Assembly (NCBI GenBank): GCA_026914245.1
Contig: CP110440.1
Location: 372,001-436,000 of the forward strand
Source of the DNA: Puccinia triticina
Lineage: Eukaryota
Direction of reading: 5' to 3'
Length of the DNA stretch: 64,000 bases
In this document: piece by piece, positions 47,017 to 60,245 of the stretch
Numbering within the stretch: position 1 is the first letter of the stretch
Layout: every line of letters starts with the position of its first letter
Made by a program: the position numbers and the translations under genes
Notes under the pieces: model-generated
What the model was told of the DNA's origin: nothing
The model's input: the letters and a program-made list of their open reading frames with translations, nothing else
Database searches by the model: none

Positions 47017-47734
47017 TATCAAGTGTCCCAACCTAGTTCTTAATCGGGATCACTTGACAATAGTAAATATCTGTTGAAACTCGACGTCAAATCCCCAACA
47101 CTTGCATGTAACACTCCGTGAAATCTCAAGCTGCGGACTGCCCAAAACGCAAATTATCATCAACTCAAACCTAGATGATTCAAATCAAAAGCTCAACCGG
47201 TAGTCATCTCATCTGGCAGGACTCAGTCATCCCTTCTCTCTCAACCCGCCGACAAAACTCACTTTCCCCTTTCCGTTCCCCTTCCTAAAAAACTTCCTCG
47301 ACTCTCTCTCAGCGATACTCATTGCCTTAAGACTCCCGTCTTCTTCGACATCGTCGACTCTCTCATCGGTAACTCAAAACCGATCTTTCTTCTCTTGGAC
47401 GTCTCGTCCTAGCTCCAACTTGGTGAGAAGAAAACATCGACCGGCTTTCGGCAATCTCCTTCTTCCTCCTTTTCATATCAATCACTTGCTAACCCATGTT
47501 CCTGTTTATTATCAGTCCACTCTTGCTTCCGTGTCCTGTCCTTTGTCTCTATTGTCTAGTTGTTTGCTGCACCTTAATCCTCATCATCGGGTATGATCTC
47601 TCTTCTACATCCTAATTGCTGTCGCTCTTCTCATCACCTATTCTAACCTCTTGTTGTCATTAGATTTGGCTTTTGTTTCTTATCAATAAAAATAATCAGG
47701 GTTCTTTAGTATCAATAAGCTGGAACCGTTGAGG

Positions 47735-48710
47735 ATCAATATGAAGCCGTTGGCCTGAACTAGCGAAGACAAGCAAAGACAAATCGGCGGATCGGACTGG
47801 CAAAGACAAGCAAAGAATGATTGGTGGGGCCTGTGGGGGCAACAGCGAAGCCGTTGGCCTGATCTAGCAAAGACACACAAAGACCGATCAGCGCATTGGT
47901 CTGTCAAAGACGAGCAAAGGGTGGAAGAGTGATCGGTGGGGCCTCTGGGGGCAACTGGCAGGTCTGGAAAGCAAAGAGCAATCGGTGGAGCCTGCGGATG
48001 GGCAGGGCTGGTGATGGCAGAGGGGCAACTCACCTGTGAGGAAAGAGGCGACCTAGCGAAGACGGGAAAAGAGCTATCAGCGTATTGGTCTTGCAAAGAC
48101 GAGCGAAGACTGAACGGCGGGGCCTGTGGGGGCAACTGGTAGGGCTGGAGACGGCAGAGGGGAAACTCAACTGTGAGGAAATAGACGACCTAACAAAGAG
48201 GCGCAAAGAGAAATCAGCGTGTTGGCCTGTCAAAAATGAGCGAAGATCGCAGAGGGGCAACTCACCGGTGAGGAAATGAGTGACCTAACAGAGGTGCGCA
48301 AGGAGCGATCGGCGTATTGGTCTATCAAAGGCAAGCGAAGAGCGATTGGCAGGGCCTGTGGGGGCAACGGGCAGGGCTGGATAACGTTGAGTGTGGTGGA
48401 ATTGGTAGGGCCTGTAGAATCGGCCGCAGGTGTGAAAAGTATTGGCCGGTCAAAAACGAGCAAATATCGCAGATGGGCAACTCACTGGGGAGGAAATGGT
48501 GACCTAACGAAGACGCGCAAGGAGTAATGGGCGGCGCAAGGAGCGATTGGTGGCGCAGGGAGCAATCAGCGGCGCAAGGAGCGATTGGTGTATTGGTCTG
48601 TCAAGGCAAGCAAAGACTGAACGGCGGGGCCTGTGGGGGCAACAGGCAGGGCTGGATAACTTTGAGTGTGGTGGAATTGGTAGGGCCTGTAGAATCGGCC
48701 GCAGGTGAGA
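47735..48710. repeat. Mosaic of internally duplicated segments upstream of the TET gene
   Basis: GGGCCTGTGGGGGCAAC occurs about five times; ~48352-48432 is duplicated at ~48627-48707. Confidence 0.7.
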
Positions 48711-51700
48711 AAAAAAAATTTGGGGCCGGAACAAACCCCAGACCTTGTTCAGCGTGTAAACCCGAGACATCAGGTGGGGGGGTCATCAAACAAAATAGGC
48801 CCATGGGAAACACATACAACACACATGATCTGGACTATAGAAAATCAAAAAAATAAAACCTTGACAAGAATGTTTTCAGACAATTTCTCTACTGCTCCAT
48901 TGATCCAGAGCCAGGAAATGTTGAGTAATTTTGTTGGAAGTTAGGCACTTCCTAGACAGTATGGCCAAAACTAGTCTGCCTTACAATGAAATTCTTCAAT
49001 TTGTAACCCAGAAGAAATTACCTCAATCTCATCAAAGCTGATTCACATGTTGAAGTTTAAAATATGATCATCAGAAATCATGCTGAGTTTGAATGCCAGT
49101 ATTGAGTCTGTGCTGAACCAAGAACTCATGAATGTGCCATTTTTATTAGCAATATTGGCAAAACATCTGTTGTATTTTCAGCCTTAAATAATAAGTGATT
49201 CAGATTCCACATAAATCACCTCACATCATTCTCAGAATCTGGACCAGGTACAATGATCTCAAAATTTCTACAATATTCCATGCCAGACTAAGGATTTATA
49301 AGATGTTTCATATATCCCCACCACATGAAAACCCCCTGATATTTCTAACAGATAACTTGGAATTGAAGTGCTCTGTTTTTTACCTGCTTGATGGTAGCAG
49401 TGGTGAGGAAATGAAAAAATTTGGCATTGCTCATAGAAAAGAATTGGCATGATTTCTTGAAAGATTTCCTGTGTGTGATGTCAAGTATCCAGGTCAGTTC
49501 AAAGATCATTTCTAACAAAATTTTGTGATTAGTCTTTGGAGAATGTCAAAATTATAGAACCATAAGCCAGACAGTATCATCACACAAATATGGTAAAAAT
49601 AATCTTTGAACTGGGCTGCAAATTTCACATCCCACACAGGAATTCTTTCAAAACATCATGTTCACTCATTTCTATTTCAAACTAAACATTCAAGACATTT
49701 TTATCTGTCTCAAATGGTGTGAGCATGTGTCATTGGGAACATCCAGATCAGCTGTCTGAGTCTTCTTTCAAGTTTTGCCTTTTATGCACAGTTTTCATAA
49801 CATGGAACTTGTTTTTTAGTTCCATGCCATAAGAACATTTTGACCTCAACTGGAAACCTAGGATGTTCTCCTAACTCATGAAATTGTTCCAGTGGGATGA
49901 GCCACTTTGGGCCCCGAGGAAGCGGGGGGAAAAACTTCTTGGGGAAGGGGGGAGCGGTGGGAATATGGAGATTCCAAGTTTGACAACTGTGACCTTAAAA
50001 GTGTTTTGGGAAATCTCAAGCATTCTTTCAATAGCTGTAAGTTATCTGTTTTTTTGGTGTTACCTTTCCTTCATTGATGAAATTAAATTATAATCCCTGT
50101 AGTTAATATGCGAGGATTTGAAGGTGAAGGTGGAAAGCGGCAGCGGAGGCGTAGGAATCCAACAACCACTGAAGGAGTCGCTTTTCTTCAAGAAATTGAA
50201 CGTGGATCTCAGCAAATTTCTCAAACGCTTCAGCCTTTGTCAGCCCCTGCTTCTCGAAACCACACCCAAATTGATCAGATTCATGGGTTAGAAGATATCA
50301 GTTACGAAATGGGTTTAGATGCCCATAATCCACCCGCTCCCGAATCAACAAACCGACGTGTTCAAAAATTGATCACATATCTCCAAGGCGAGGACTACAT
50401 TCAAAGGAAAATACTGGAGGAGGAACATTGGGAAGAAGTATACGAACAGATGTTTTTGCATTTCTACGAGTGTTCCAATAAAACATCGGCACGGGGAAAT
50501 ACTTCCAACTGGAATTACGACTGGAAAGCAGCTTGCGAATGTAATCAGACCCGGCAGAGACCTGTGGTCCTGATTGATATCCTGAGTTAGGTGTCTGGTT
50601 AATATACATTTCTCCATGAAATTTCTGACATCTCCCTTCTATCCTTCAAGCACGTAAACAGGAAATGGTCACGTTTTGCAATTGCACGAATGACCAAGTC
50701 AGGCTCATACAAATGGGTTATATTGGTGGTTCACCCAAGTATCCCCGGACTGCTTTTTCAATTCGACTGCTACGATTTCACCATATCCTCTGGAAACACA
50801 GTGCTGTACCAATGTCTCCTTTTTCAAAAGCTATAGACAAATTCCTTGATTCACACAACCCATTGATATTAGTTCCCAACAAATCCAACATTATCAATGG
50901 CAATAGTTCCTACACTGTAAGAGATAATTTTTGACATTTGAGCGGCATCAAATTAATGTTAAAGTGTTCTTTTTTTTTTTACCAAAGACACGCGAATGGA
51001 GAAAGACATTATCATCTGCTGTCGATGCCTTCCGAGAAATGAACCAACAAGAAAAATTAATAACAGATAAAATGCTCAATGCAAGTGCTATGGATCGTTT
51101 GGCTGAAATTTGCCCAAAGAGCTATGGCCCACACGTACCTGGAAAGCGACATGATGAGCCCGATTATATTGTCTGCATGGATGGTAACTTCCAACATCGA
51201 AGACACCTGAAAGCAAGTGTTGAGATACCAAACAGCGTCAAAACACCAAGCATATTTGTTGAACCTCATGAGGTTGAGCGTATGGAAAGAAGGTTGAATA
51301 GAGAAATGGATCAACAGACGGGTATAGATTCTGTGGTGAGCACCAATTCCAACTACAATACACAATTACTCAAACTAAAATTATTTTAAATATATGCAAA
51401 TCCAAGGACCGATGCACTCAGCAGCACACAGCTGCCAATGATTCTTGTACTGCAGCCACATGGAGAGAGTGTGACGAAACAGGACTTTTTGGAATGGCAT
51501 GTCGGCATGACCAAATTTTGAACCTTATCAATATTGTCCAAAGTGGTGAGAAGTGTGTATTTTTTCAATTTGGCCAAATTCAACCCAATCATTCTTAAGC
51601 CCAATCAAATCACTCATTTGATTTCACCCAAAGGTACCACTTCCCATTGACTATGATAAATAGGATGTTTGAAAACACAAAAGATGGCGAAAGTTATACA

Positions 51701-51971
51701 AAAAGCCTCGCCTTTTTGTATGATATTGGATGTAATATTGAAAAAGGTATCATCCGTGTATGTACTTTCCTATTCTAATGTTTATCACACACTCTTTGTA
51801 TCTAATTCAGCTGTTATTTAAATTTTTTATTCAAGCGAAACCAATTCATGCAGCCCCAAGATAACAATCTTCTCAAGTTTGGTACCAGTGTATTCCATGC
51901 ATATGTGCATCAGTGGTCCTGTCAACTCCGGTACAACCCCAGATTGAATGAAGGGTGGGGTATGTCAGACG

Positions 51972-54900
51972 CAACACTGGGTAGTTACGATAATAGTAAC
52001 GGCATCGTAACGGTACCGTATCGGTTTTTGGTGCGTTACCGTTGCCGTTACTGGTAACGGCTTTGCGCTACCGCTAATTTAATATTTTTACGTTATTTTT
52101 TTGGGCGCGATACAATATTTTTTTGCGTCAGAGGTTAGAATTTTATTCAATACGATATCGGGAGATGTGTTTATGAATCGTTACTGGTAACAAAATCTAT
52201 GTACAAAAGAAGGATTTGGCATTCAAGCGCCCACATTCTTCTTGGGTGCAGGAACCAGAGCTGCCAATGCTCTTCCCGCCTCCTCAAAGTCACCGGTGAG
52301 AGGGACTTGCTCCCTCAACCACATCAAGCTGCTGACGCAGCGAGACATGGTTGAAGGGAGTAGGCCACCTCGCCTACTGCTGCAAACATCAGAAGCAGCC
52401 AAAAATAATCGCTCGACTGCGCATGAACTGCCCAAGCAACCGAGGTATGCGCGGGCCATGCGAGAGAGTGCCGGATAGGTGGTGTAGTTGGCCTTCCACC
52501 ACCTCAACGGAGTGGATTTGTCGTGTATTTCCTTGCTGGTGAAGGTCAGATCTGCTTTGAGGAATGTCTCGACCTCGTTTTCGTGCGGAGTTTCTGGCTT
52601 CTGAGCCATAGAAGATGCCAGGCGAGCCATGAGTGAGGACGGCTCTGTCTCCGAGTCCCGTGGTTCTTCAATGAGGGTGACCTCTGCTTCGGGGGCGTCC
52701 AATGTTGAGACTGGTTTTTCCTTGTAATCCTTGAATCTGCAATTGAGGAGTTCAACGCACTCCTTGACCTCGGCACTGTCTGGTCCAAACACAAGTTTGA
52801 AGATATGTATCCGGTAGCACGGATGCAGAATAGTCGCCAGTTGGAGTGTCTCACACGCCATGGCTTCGGCCAAGTACTTTTCCACACGCACCAGCATTGA
52901 GCAGTACATTGGATACAGCATGTCGGACTCTTTTGACCGGTCCACTTTTCCGGAGAGCTGCTCCTTAAGCTCTAGATATTTCGGTATCACATGCGCGCCG
53001 GTCCCCTGATTTCCTTCCATGTGTAAGGTTAGTTTGACAAAGACCTGTGGATGTTTTTTGTGTCAGTATAATAGCAGAGCAATTATGTTTAGCATGAAAC
53101 CCACATACCTCAAGCTCGCGATTCAAGTCGTCAATCTTTTTCCAATCTCAAGGAGAAAACAGTACATCATTGAATATTCCAGCTTTGTTCTGCTGTTGAT
53201 CTTCCTTAAGAAGTTGGTCAATTACTTCTCTGGCATCAATGGCTTTGCGGTGGCTTTCGTATTTTATGTTCCATCGGATGCCATAACCGGCAATCAATGG
53301 CGCTACCTTTACGCCTAATTTTGCTGCCATACGATCAAAACTGCCTCGCTGAGCGGCAGATCGGGTGATCTGTTTGATCACCGTATCAAGCTTGTTGATG
53401 AGTACTTGAATCTCGCTAGTCTTATTGTGCTTTGCCGTAGCTGCTACAGCGGCAGGTTGATTGCCATTGAGAGCATCGCGAGAGTTGCCGGTATCCGTAT
53501 CAGAGAGTTCATCATCGGCATTTCCGTAGTCGCTTTCAGAAGCACAATCATCTATGAGGGAAGGTGCGAGGGCCGGTGATTCTGAAGGAGCCGCTAATCC
53601 AGCCGCGCCATTGAGATCTTCCTCAGCCTCCTCGGAGATTCTCCCCAGAATGGGGAAGAATCCTAAGACAGACTCCTTCGTTTTTTCTGGAGGAAGAGTT
53701 TTTAGTGATAACGCATTGAGGCCGGCATTAACTATTAAGGCCAGCTTGTGACAGAAGCACCGGATGTGCATAGTCATTGGATCCCATGAGTCTGTGTTTG
53801 GCGGCTCATTTGCATATAACAAGCTATACATTTCGTCGGCCATGGTGTTGTTGTTGGAGCCAGAGTCGGTAGTCTGCGCCAACATCTTTTGAAACAACTT
53901 CTTCTTGTTGAGGAGGCTTGCGATGGGCCGCGCAAGCAAATGACCATAATGTTTCCATGGAATCATTTTCAGAGTCAAATGTTGGACTGTATACTCCCAG
54001 TCTGAATTGACGTAAGCCACTGAGGCACCAATGAAGGCAAACCGGTTCCCCTTTGTTGTCCATACATCATGGATCAGGGTGAACTTGGTGTCGAGGTTCT
54101 TCATCAAAAAACAACAGTATCAGTTATACACTCATATTCACAAGAAGGAAGTGTAGAAAATTTACATTCAACTCGTCAAAAACTGTCTTCTTGAGCATTG
54201 AGTACAACTTTTTGGACTCATCAGCCGACCACCTTCGACCGTATAGAAAAGCCTTTGGATTTGTGTACTGAAAGGCCGCACGAAGTGTTGGGTCTTCAAT
54301 CCGAGACCATGGCAGTGCCTGTCGGATCTGCCAGATCATTATCAATTGGTTTAGAACCCAATTGACAAAGATCTGCTTGTTCTGAAGAAAACCGCTGATG
54401 GCGGGCTGCTTAGGATCACCCCCGCCATTGGCTTGGGCAAGATTGCGCTCAGCCACTGAGAGAGGTAATTTTGCACCTCTCTTCTTTGCTTCATCTCGCC
54501 TTGCGCAGCCGTGGCTCTTCTTTTCGGACTGATTGGAACCATCACAATGTACCTTCAAGTTCCCTCTAGAAGTCGCATGCGCACGATAAATTTCTCCGCA
54601 CCATTTACATTTATAATTTATCGGAGTGTTTATCTTGTCGTTTTTCTTCCGAAACGGCTCTTCAAAGTAATCCAAGATATTGTCATACTCTTTTTCTATT
54701 TTTTTTTTAGCTTCCCTCGGACCAATCTCAATTGACGCATCTGTATCCTGACTGAAGTCATGGGCTTCGCCGTTTGAGTTCAACTAACAAACACGTAAGA
54801 AATATTGTCAACATAATTTTTAATGTAAGATCACCCTTCTACACGCACCTTGTCCTGCCCCGCTGAGCTCTTTGTGGTTGTCTTCTTCGGCTTTGTTTTT

Positions 54901-55607
54901 TTTTTGACAATAATAGCAGGGGAGGCTTCCGTCGCAGACGACTCCTCTTCAATTACCCTTTTTTTCTTCGGCCTAACCCTGGGGCCCGGGGCTGTTGAAG
55001 CGCCAGATTCCGAAGAAGGGGCCGCCACCTTTCTAGCTGGTTTGGTCAGTTTGAGCCGGGAGTCGGAGCCAGTTGGGACCATGCCTGGTTCAACAGTCAC
55101 AGAAGAAGCTCGATTGGAGCGACGGAGTTGAGACTGGTCCGTCGCGTATCCGCTGGCATTCGCGTCTTTGGTACTATTAGTTTGATTGTTCGATTTTGGT
55201 GGCATTGTTGATGAGTTTGATTATAATGGACAATGGCAACAATGAAGTTTGAACAGCAAATACGAGGCTTCTTGAGAATCAAATGACTACAGACTGCTTT
55301 GAGAGATCCTGTCGGGTAATGGACTTTATCCTGGACAGTTATTCACGATGCATTCCATTAAACTGCAGGGGTGACACTGAAACTCAGGGGGGTACAGGGG
55401 TCAAACGCGTTACAGGGCGCTACCACGCGTTGCAGCGTGTTTCGTTACCGCATCCTCAGCCCAAAAAAAATTCCGCCCTCGTTACGCTACCCCCCGGCCA
55501 CAGAAACAGCCGTTACTGCTAACGGTAACGGTCCGTTTAGATAACGGGGATCGATTCAATACGAAATTGGGCTCAATATCGTATCGAATCGTATCGACCC
55601 GGTGTTG
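51972..55607 (-). mobile_element. hAT transposon (3636 bp), 7-bp TSD
   Basis: TIRs CAACACTGGGTAGTTACGAT versus reverse complement CAACACCGGGTCGATACGAT. TCAGACG at 51965-51971 and 55608-55614. GTAACG/CGTTAC subterminal repeats. Confidence 0.92.
52223..55205 (-). pseudogene. hAT transposase (BED-like zinc finger, DDE, dimerisation domain); premature stop
   Basis: YKCKWC..NLKVH, LIHDVWT, TTDSGSNN, IRCFCH, IRWN and PLRWWK..YPALSRMARAYL..SS.AVERLF. TGA at 53148-53150; introns near 54785-54833, 54103-54166 and 53047-53108. Confidence 0.9.
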
Positions 55608-55620
55608 TCAGACGGAGAAG

Positions 55621-56028
55621 CAACGGTGGGTAGTTACGATAACCATGAATCCTCTTCTTTGGTCTTCAATTTAAAATTAGGAACCAAATAAAATGTTCTG
55701 TCAGCTAGATCAAGAAGTCAGAGCTCTCCTCTAAAAATTGGTGAAAGAATTTTCCATTTTTGTCAAAAGAATAAATTGATATCCCTTATTCCGTGTCAAA
55801 TTTTGCAGTTACTAGTAACTAAAACCAGTAACTAAAAACTGGAAGTGTAATCAAGGATATCCAGGCAGTCTTTTTACAAAAATGCAAAATTATTTCACCA
55901 ATTATTAGAGGAGAGCTATGACTTCTTGATCTAGCTGATAAAAATCATTAGGTGGTTTTGAATATTCAATTAAAGGCTGAAGGAGAAAAAAAACTGATAG
56001 TAACTGTTATCGTAACTACCCACCGTTG
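55621..56028. mobile_element. hAT-family MITE (408 bp), 7-bp TSD
   Basis: Perfect terminal IR CAACGGTGGGTAGTTACGATAAC, with longer internal IRs. GGAGAAG at 55614-55620 and 56029-56035. Confidence 0.93.
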
Positions 56029-58219
56029 GGAGAAGGAATGGAGCGGATATGGTCTTTCTATTCTCCAGTGATCCAACAATTGCGATATGCAACCAAAAAT
56101 CACCGTCTCCAGGCATTGGATATTCAATCATCCCACCACAATGATGTGGGTAGGATCTATGCACGTGCGTATTTTTCCAGATAATTTGTATTGAAGCTGC
56201 TCATTACTGAGTCAACACCATAATTAAAGTTCATTTACTTTACAAGCAAGGCACCAATATTGAAGAAGTTAAGGACAAATCGGCTGAAGTCCTGCGTCAT
56301 CTTGAGCAAGAGTTTGGCCATACGTTAGATCTCTTCAAAGAACAATGGGACCGCCAACAAAATTTGCAACTTTCTGTTATTGAAACAAGTAGTGAAAGAG
56401 AAATACTTAATCAGATTGAATTCCTGATTGAATTGGAGGACAAATACCGCGAGACCAAGTATGTGATCATTAAATCTCTTTTGTAGATATCTTAACTGAG
56501 ATATATCAACATATTTCAAGCGAGGAGTTGGATGAGATTCAACAAACAAGACAACGAAATCGGACTCCAGCTCAGACCCACCAGCTTCGGATACTCCCTG
56601 ATACACTACGCTCTCTTGAAGGGGAAATTGAAAGCATTATTTCAGATCTTGGATTGGAAAACTTTTGCAATCTGCCTGGAGCGTCAGGTGCGTACTGTCC
56701 TGTCATCTGTACTACTTACGCATTTACTAATGCACTTTAATCTCAGATGCTGAATCAAAAGCATTGATAAAACTGAAAGTCAGCAAATCCAAACTCTATG
56801 AAGCAAAAGTTGGTGTAATGGAGATGCAAAAGAAATGGGATCGTGGAGGTTCAGGTCAAGTCACTGTCATCTTGCCATGTCTTTTGTTTATATTTTGTGC
56901 ATTGATTGAAATGAATATACAGGAACCCGAGTTCAAGAGAGGTACAAAAAGCAAATGACGTTAAAGGTAGCCTTATTAAAGAGAAAATGGAAGGCATATA
57001 TTGTTCGAGCTGAAGATTATAACTTGGAATTTTCCCCAAGGATTGCTTTATCCACCCCAACTCTGGATGAAGTCAAAGCGTTTGATGTTGAAGACAGTTT
57101 TTGGAACATGGATCAACTGACCCATCCTAATGAACTCTGGGCAATTGATCCAAACATTCAAAAAGGCATTGAGGCGTACCTGACATTAACACACTGCCAA
57201 GACGAACTAAACCGAATTGCTTGTGAAGCAAGACAGGCTGTGAAGTGGGCTATAAAACAGGCTGAGAAACTGAATCAGATTTCAACTGCCTTGAGTGTTG
57301 GTGAGAGAAAATGGTTCTTTTTGTATAATCAAGCCAATAAATGTTAAATTGTTTCTTCAAATAAAACTAGATCTTCAACCAACCGATGTTCTCACAAAGA
57401 GCCAACAAATCATTACCCAAATATGCCAAGAAAACCGTTTGCCAGTTTCTGTTTTGCGGTCAATATTTGGTAACTTAGCCAAAACCCGGTGCCGTATATG
57501 GATGGTATGGAATTTGAAGTGCAACGACCTGTTGAGCTGGAGCAGGAAGTATTTTAATCATCAATCTAATCAAAATAATGAAATTCGGCATGAATGGGAT
57601 GCACTCATCATCAACTGTCAAGAGATGTGGGAGAGGCTTGTAACCGGGCAAACAATTATCATGGATATCGGGGACCAAGCAGACCATGAAGAAGAGCTAA
57701 TTTTAGATCAAGAAGCCCTTGATCGACATGAGGCAAATCTGGGGTATGAATGCTCCAAATAAGTAGTAACAAACAAAATTCAACTCTAGATTATACTTCT
57801 TATCAAACTGTTTCATGTTTCTTATTTGTTTGTTTCTCTGATTTTTGCAAGCACCTCATCACCAAATTTGCCTGAGGTAAATGATGCTTGGAAATTGGTG
57901 CTAAGTAATAAGCAGGGTCCCCGCTTAGAAGCCCTGTTATGTGTGAAAAATGGGCAAGTTTTAAATTTTAACGCACAACACACGGGGTTTTGAGGCATTG
58001 GTAGAGATTAATCACAAGAGGGAACCCATTTTAAATGATTTATGACATATATAAATGCGTTCAAAAGGGCCTAAGCAGAAATGCTTCCTGTCATTGTATA
58101 TCATGTTGACAACTGTTTCAAGGCAAACAATCAATGTGAAATTGATATCTTGATTAACACATTTCTTTATTCAAACCGAAACGAACCACATGATTATTTT
58201 TTCACAACATATAAAAAGG

Positions 58220-59290
58220 GGGCAGAAGCGTCAATCAAAGAGAGAAGAAGATGATGGGGGTGGGGGAAGGTCACAAGAGGAAAGAGAGCGGATGGGTACA
58301 AGAGGCGGGGGAGAGAAACTATTGTATGAGGATGTAACCAGAGACGGCGAAGCCAAGGCCCATGACAACATTCTTTATGGTTGCAGCGCAGTCGTTCCAG
58401 AGAGGACCATTGGCGTCGCTCTTGGCAGCAGCCTGAGTAGAGGTAGAGGCACCGGTAGGCATGGCGCCCAATTGGCCAGAGGAATTGGTTGTGTGGGCCG
58501 TTGGATTGCGGAATTGGTTGTGTTGGCCGTTGGATTGCGGAATCGGTTGTGTTGGCCGTTGGATTGCTGTGGACATCAGTAGCATTGTGGGGGAAGGTAG
58601 CAGACCTCGATCCGAAGCCCAAACAGTCACTCAGTACGAGCCCGACCAAGGATGAGCTGGAAAAGAACAGTCTGGTTATCAAACAGCTGGTCGAAGAAAA
58701 ATTCAGATCCAATAGTGAGGAGATTGGCCGGATGGTGGAAGAAAAAGTGAAATCAAACAGAGTTTCTCTTGAAGCAAATGCTTCAAGAGCAACTCACCTC
58801 TAACTGCACGAAGATTGGTCTAGATTTTGAGGAAAAAATTACAGCGATCAACCAGACGATCGAACAATATCTTGGAGAAAAACTGAGGCCAATTGGTGAG
58901 CAGACTGAACGGATTGGTAGCCTGAGTGATCGGACTTAGCCTTTCTTCGATGTGATCTTCAATCTTCTGACTAGCCGATGAAAGCTTCTCCTCGATTGTT
59001 CGTTCAGACTCCTTTCGGGGTGATTCAAGTTTTTCTTTGATTTCTTGCTCGCTCTTCTGACTATTTGAGATGAGTTTTTCTTTGACCAGCAAATGGTTCA
59101 AGAGAAGCTGCAATTGTATCAGGAAGCACTTGAGAAATAGGCGGTCGAATATCGCAAAGGGATCCGGAGCGACATCATTCAGTGCAGAGAAGAGAACTCG
59201 AAGGATTTGGACGATTTGATCAGACAGATACAAAGATTATTCGTGACAGAGAAGCATAAACTGTCACTATTGCAGAAGGCCATTTCTGAT
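58220..59290 (-). pseudogene. Fragmented orphan ORF(s): coiled-coil-like segment, 30-bp tandem repeat, hydrophobic tail
   Basis: ORFs 58820-59233 and 58319-58630; repeat TTGGCCGTTGGATTGCGGAATYGGTTGTG at ~58472-58567. Confidence 0.35.
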
Positions 59291-59318
59291 TACGATCAAA
59301 GGCGGAGAGAGAAGATAG

Positions 59319-60245
59319 TCAAATGGACAGCCAAATGATCGTACGGAAGCAGGAGGAATAAAAGACGTACTCAACGGTGAAGAAGCTGGCAGCAACCAAG
59401 TCACCAAGCCCTCTGCTGGCCACATATTTGCTCACATACCGATGCCCTGGGGCAGTCCCAGCGGCAGAGAGGTTTGCGGGTGTGGCAAACTTTGACGACT
59501 GAGCGAACAGCATCCAAGCGTACCTGTGTTTGCTTGTGTTCAGAAGCGGACCCGGGCCAGCGTAGTTGGTCACCACCGTCCCTGAACCCACGTTCATCGC
59601 CATCCCGCCATCAGCTCCAGCGTTGCCGAAGGTCGCTCCGTTCTCCAGGAAGTGTCAGTAGTTACCTCTAAATAGTTGAGCAGCATCTCATCAACTCCTT
59701 AATTGTGTGATCTTAAGCAAGAAATATTTGGTGCATACTTCTTGTCTGGGTTTCCCAAGGCTTTGGCGTTGGCTAACATCAGTGTAAAGGCGTTGGGAGC
59801 TTTGAAGGCAGTAGTGTCAATAGGAACAACGGTGATAGTAGGAAGAGTCTTGACATCTGTTGTTCGGAAACTGGAAAAATGGTTTATGAGTGGCCCAACA
59901 ACAGCAGAAAAGATCAAATTGTATGTACCTTCTGAGGAGTAGGATTTGCTGAGGGTGATGGGACCGGTGGGGTATGCCACCTGAAGGACTGCTTGTGCCT
60001 GAAATCAAGTAAGCCAAGAAATGAGTCGAGGATCAATGTGAGGTCTTCAGAGTACTGAAATTTTGCGCACCTTCAGCGGGATCCCAAAGCCATCGGGACA
60101 AGGTGCTGAGAGAAACTAAGCGATGCAGGGATAGCCAGAGGCAAAACAGGGTCAGCGCAAAGTTGGGAAGAAGGCTGATGGGCAAACGTGGAGACTCACG
60201 AGATTATCATATTGGGTAACCGGGTTGGATACCTGGTCGGGGGTG
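59319..60245 (-). pseudogene. PEBP (phosphatidylethanolamine-binding protein) family gene fragment with introns
   Basis: FTLMLA..GNPD, GNY*HFLENG and YAGPGP..KHRYAWMLFAQ..LGDLVAASFFTVE. In-frame stop at ~59655. Confidence 0.8.

Larger units (their letters stand above)
50108..57762 (+). pseudogene. KDZ transposase (CxC1 + KDZ domains), multi-exon, disrupted by two hAT-family insertions
   Basis: CxC1: CEC..FCNC..LIQMGYIGGSPKYPRTAFSIRLL. KDZ: CPK..CMDGNFQHRR, DETGLFGMACRHD, LYDIGC and FHAYVHQWSCQLRYNPR..GWGMSD|GE|GMERIWS. C-terminal exons run 56036-57762. Confidence 0.9.
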
